64,000 nucleotides of DNA. It comes from Vulcanimicrobiota bacterium (GTDB lineage Bacteria; Vulcanimicrobiota; Vulcanimicrobiia; Vulcanimicrobiales; Vulcanimicrobiaceae). The position numbers were made by a program, and so were the translations under genes. Shown here piece by piece: positions 62,399 to 64,000 of this stretch. The stretch spans positions 704,001 through 768,000 of the forward strand of contig CAWCIZ010000003.1 in the NCBI GenBank assembly GCA_963795855.1, in the 5' to 3' direction. The notes under the pieces were generated by a model that saw only the letters and a program-made list of their open reading frames with translations, ran no database searches and was not told the DNA's origin. Each line of letters opens with the position of its first letter. The stretch's first letter is position 1.

Positions 62399-63150
62399 TC
62401 GCGCTCTCGGTCGTCCTACTCGGGTTTTTCATCGGCCTGGTTTCGGGCGCAACCGGCATCGGCGGCGGAACGCTGCTGGCGCCGTTTCTGATGTTCGTGC
62501 TGAAAGTCGATCCCTTCGTTTCGGTCGGCACGGATCTCTTCGTCAGCGTCGTCACCAAAGCGCTCGGTTCGGCGATTCACAAACGCTCGAACAACGTCGA
62601 GATGCGCTCGATGACCGCGCTGGCCGTCGCGGGCGTTCTCGGCTCGCTGGTCGGATTGGCGGTTCTCGCGTTCTTGAAGCTGCACGCGGACGTGCATTTG
62701 GCGCAGGGAGCGCTGCGCCGCGGCATCGGAATCGCGCTGTGCGTGTGCGCGTTCGCCATTGCGTTCGCATCGAAGTTTCGCTCGGGGCACGAGCGGTTCG
62801 ACAACGGCGCCTCGCTGGGCGTGATGGGCTTCGTCGTGGCCGCAATCACGGCGATAACCGGCGTCGGCGTGGGTTCGCTCAGCGTGCCGGCGCTGTACTT
62901 CATCAAAGGTCGCGCGAAGATTCAAACGATCGTGGGCACGAGTTTGATGTACGCGACGATCGTTACCGCCGTCGCCGCAATCGGACATATCGTGCTGCGC
63001 GACGTGAACTTTTCGATCGCAGGTTTGCTGCTCGTCGGTTCGCTGCCGGGCGTCGCGCTGGGAAGCACGCTTGCAACGCGCGCCGCTTCAGCGCTCAGAC
63101 CCGTCATAGTGGCGCTGCTCGTCCTATCCGGCCTGCGCCTTATCGCCTAA
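62395..63150 (+). CDS. TauE/SafE family sulfite exporter-like permease
   Basis: [37 protein letters not shown]; about 8 TM. Confidence 0.85.
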   Translation: MIALSVVLLGFFIGLVSGATGIGGGTLLAPFLMFVLKVDPFVSVGTDLFVSVVTKALGSAIHKRSNNVEMRSMTALAVAGVLGSLVGLAVLAFLKLHADVHLAQGALRRGIGIALCVCAFAIAFASKFRSGHERFDNGASLGVMGFVVAAITAITGVGVGSLSVPALYFIKGRAKIQTIVGTSLMYATIVTAVAAIGHIVLRDVNFSIAGLLLVGSLPGVALGSTLATRAASALRPVIVALLVLSGLRLIA

Positions 63151-63186
63151 GGAACCTCTGATTAAGAGATTCCTAGTTTCGCTAAA

Positions 63187-63669
63187 CTACTTGGTCTCGA
63201 ACGTCTTGACGTTCTTCAGGCCGGCGTCCTTGAACGTTTGCTCGACCGCGGGCGCCTCGGCCTTGTCGGCCTTGTAAACGACGACGCTGCGCCCCGCCTC
63301 GATAGCGTCGTTATAGTTCTGCACCTGGTCCTGCGGAATCGCGTATTCGGCGAGATGGTCGATGATGTGCGGCTCGGCAAAGAATCCGACGTACCGCGTG
63401 TCCGAGCTGATGTTCGGAACTTGCGGATCTCCGAAATTGGTGAGGATCGATTCGCCGCCGACGATGACTTCGTGCTGGACGTCCGACGTCGGATGATCTT
63501 GCCCGACATGCATGAACGTGAGCATGGAGTCGTGATGCGTATCCGTCGGAGCATCTTTCGTGATGACCGCGATCTTATCGCAGTTCACCGTCTCCTGGGC
63601 GCACAGGGAGTCCTCGAGGTGCTGCGGATCCGACGATTGCGCGATACCGGTGACCAGATGTTCAGCCAT
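63187..63669 (-). CDS. Hypothetical protein
   Basis: GGAG RBS; C-terminus IPQDQVQNYNDAIEAGRSVVVYKA...FKDAGLKNVK. Confidence 0.75.
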   Translation of the reverse strand: MAEHLVTGIAQSSDPQHLEDSLCAQETVNCDKIAVITKDAPTDTHHDSMLTFMHVGQDHPTSDVQHEVIVGGESILTNFGDPQVPNISSDTRYVGFFAEPHIIDHLAEYAIPQDQVQNYNDAIEAGRSVVVYKADKAEAPAVEQTFKDAGLKNVKTFETK

Positions 63670-63696
63670 TGTTCTCCTATAACCGTTTCGACAGCC

Positions 63697-64000
63697 TCAG
63701 GGTGACAGAGTCGGCTCTTTTGGCCTGAAGACTTTCACGTTGCGAAGTCCTGCCGCGCGGAACGCCGATTCCGCTTTCGCCGCCTCTTCCGGCGCGGCTT
63801 TGTACATCACCAAAGTTCGCCCTTCCGAAATCGCGATGTTGAAGTGCTCCGCCTGGTCCGGTGGAATCAGCGGCAAGCCGCCGAGATAATCCGCGACCGC
63901 ATGATGCGAGCTCGCCGAAAAGGACGCGCCCGAACCGCCTATTCCGGGCACGCTGGTGCCGCTCGAACCGGTCATGATGGTGCTGCTGTTCGAAAGCGAG
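63697..64000 (-). CDS. Paralogue of the neighbouring hypothetical protein, C-terminal part (runs off window end)
   Basis: IPPDQAEHFNIAISEGRTLVMYKA...FRAAGLRNVK matches the 63187-63669 C-terminus. Confidence 0.7.
   Translation of the reverse strand, partial: SLSNSSTIMTGSSGTSVPGIGGSGASFSASSHHAVADYLGGLPLIPPDQAEHFNIAISEGRTLVMYKAAPEEAAKAESAFRAAGLRNVKVFRPKEPTLSP

Overview
GC-rich bacterial chromosomal segment. Gene order is Terrabacteria/Firmicutes-like, yet diderm envelope genes are present; Eremiobacterota (Vulcanimicrobiota) is a plausible but unconfirmed source. In order: leuB (3' part)-fabH; a membrane-anchored GAF-STAND-TPR protein; beta-propeller lipoproteins; a compact flagellar-type cluster (flgF-flgG-[insertion]-flgJ-like microprotein-fliA-ORF); S4 protein-whiA-gap-S9 peptidase-pgk-tpiA-gpmI-punA; MATE; mfd-prsA-yabN/mazG-kal; a CIRCE-preceded hsp20; and a roughly 35 kb envelope/glycan region. 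That region holds WaaL-like, MptB-like and AftD/YfhO-like GT-C proteins, GT2/GT4/GT9 enzymes, murJ, wzx, an LptD-like barrel, a WbpB/E/D-like trio and rmlC, interleaved with pdp and deoB, and ends with PHP, cysD-cysNC and TauE. About 20 single-base frameshifts, many in conserved housekeeping genes, are best explained as long-read assembly errors. The most striking structure is an ~830 bp island between two copies of the flgG 3' end that differ only at synonymous sites, with a third degenerate copy inside; this suggests repeated integration at the flgG 3' end. No rRNA, tRNA, CRISPR array, integrase or transposase was recognised.
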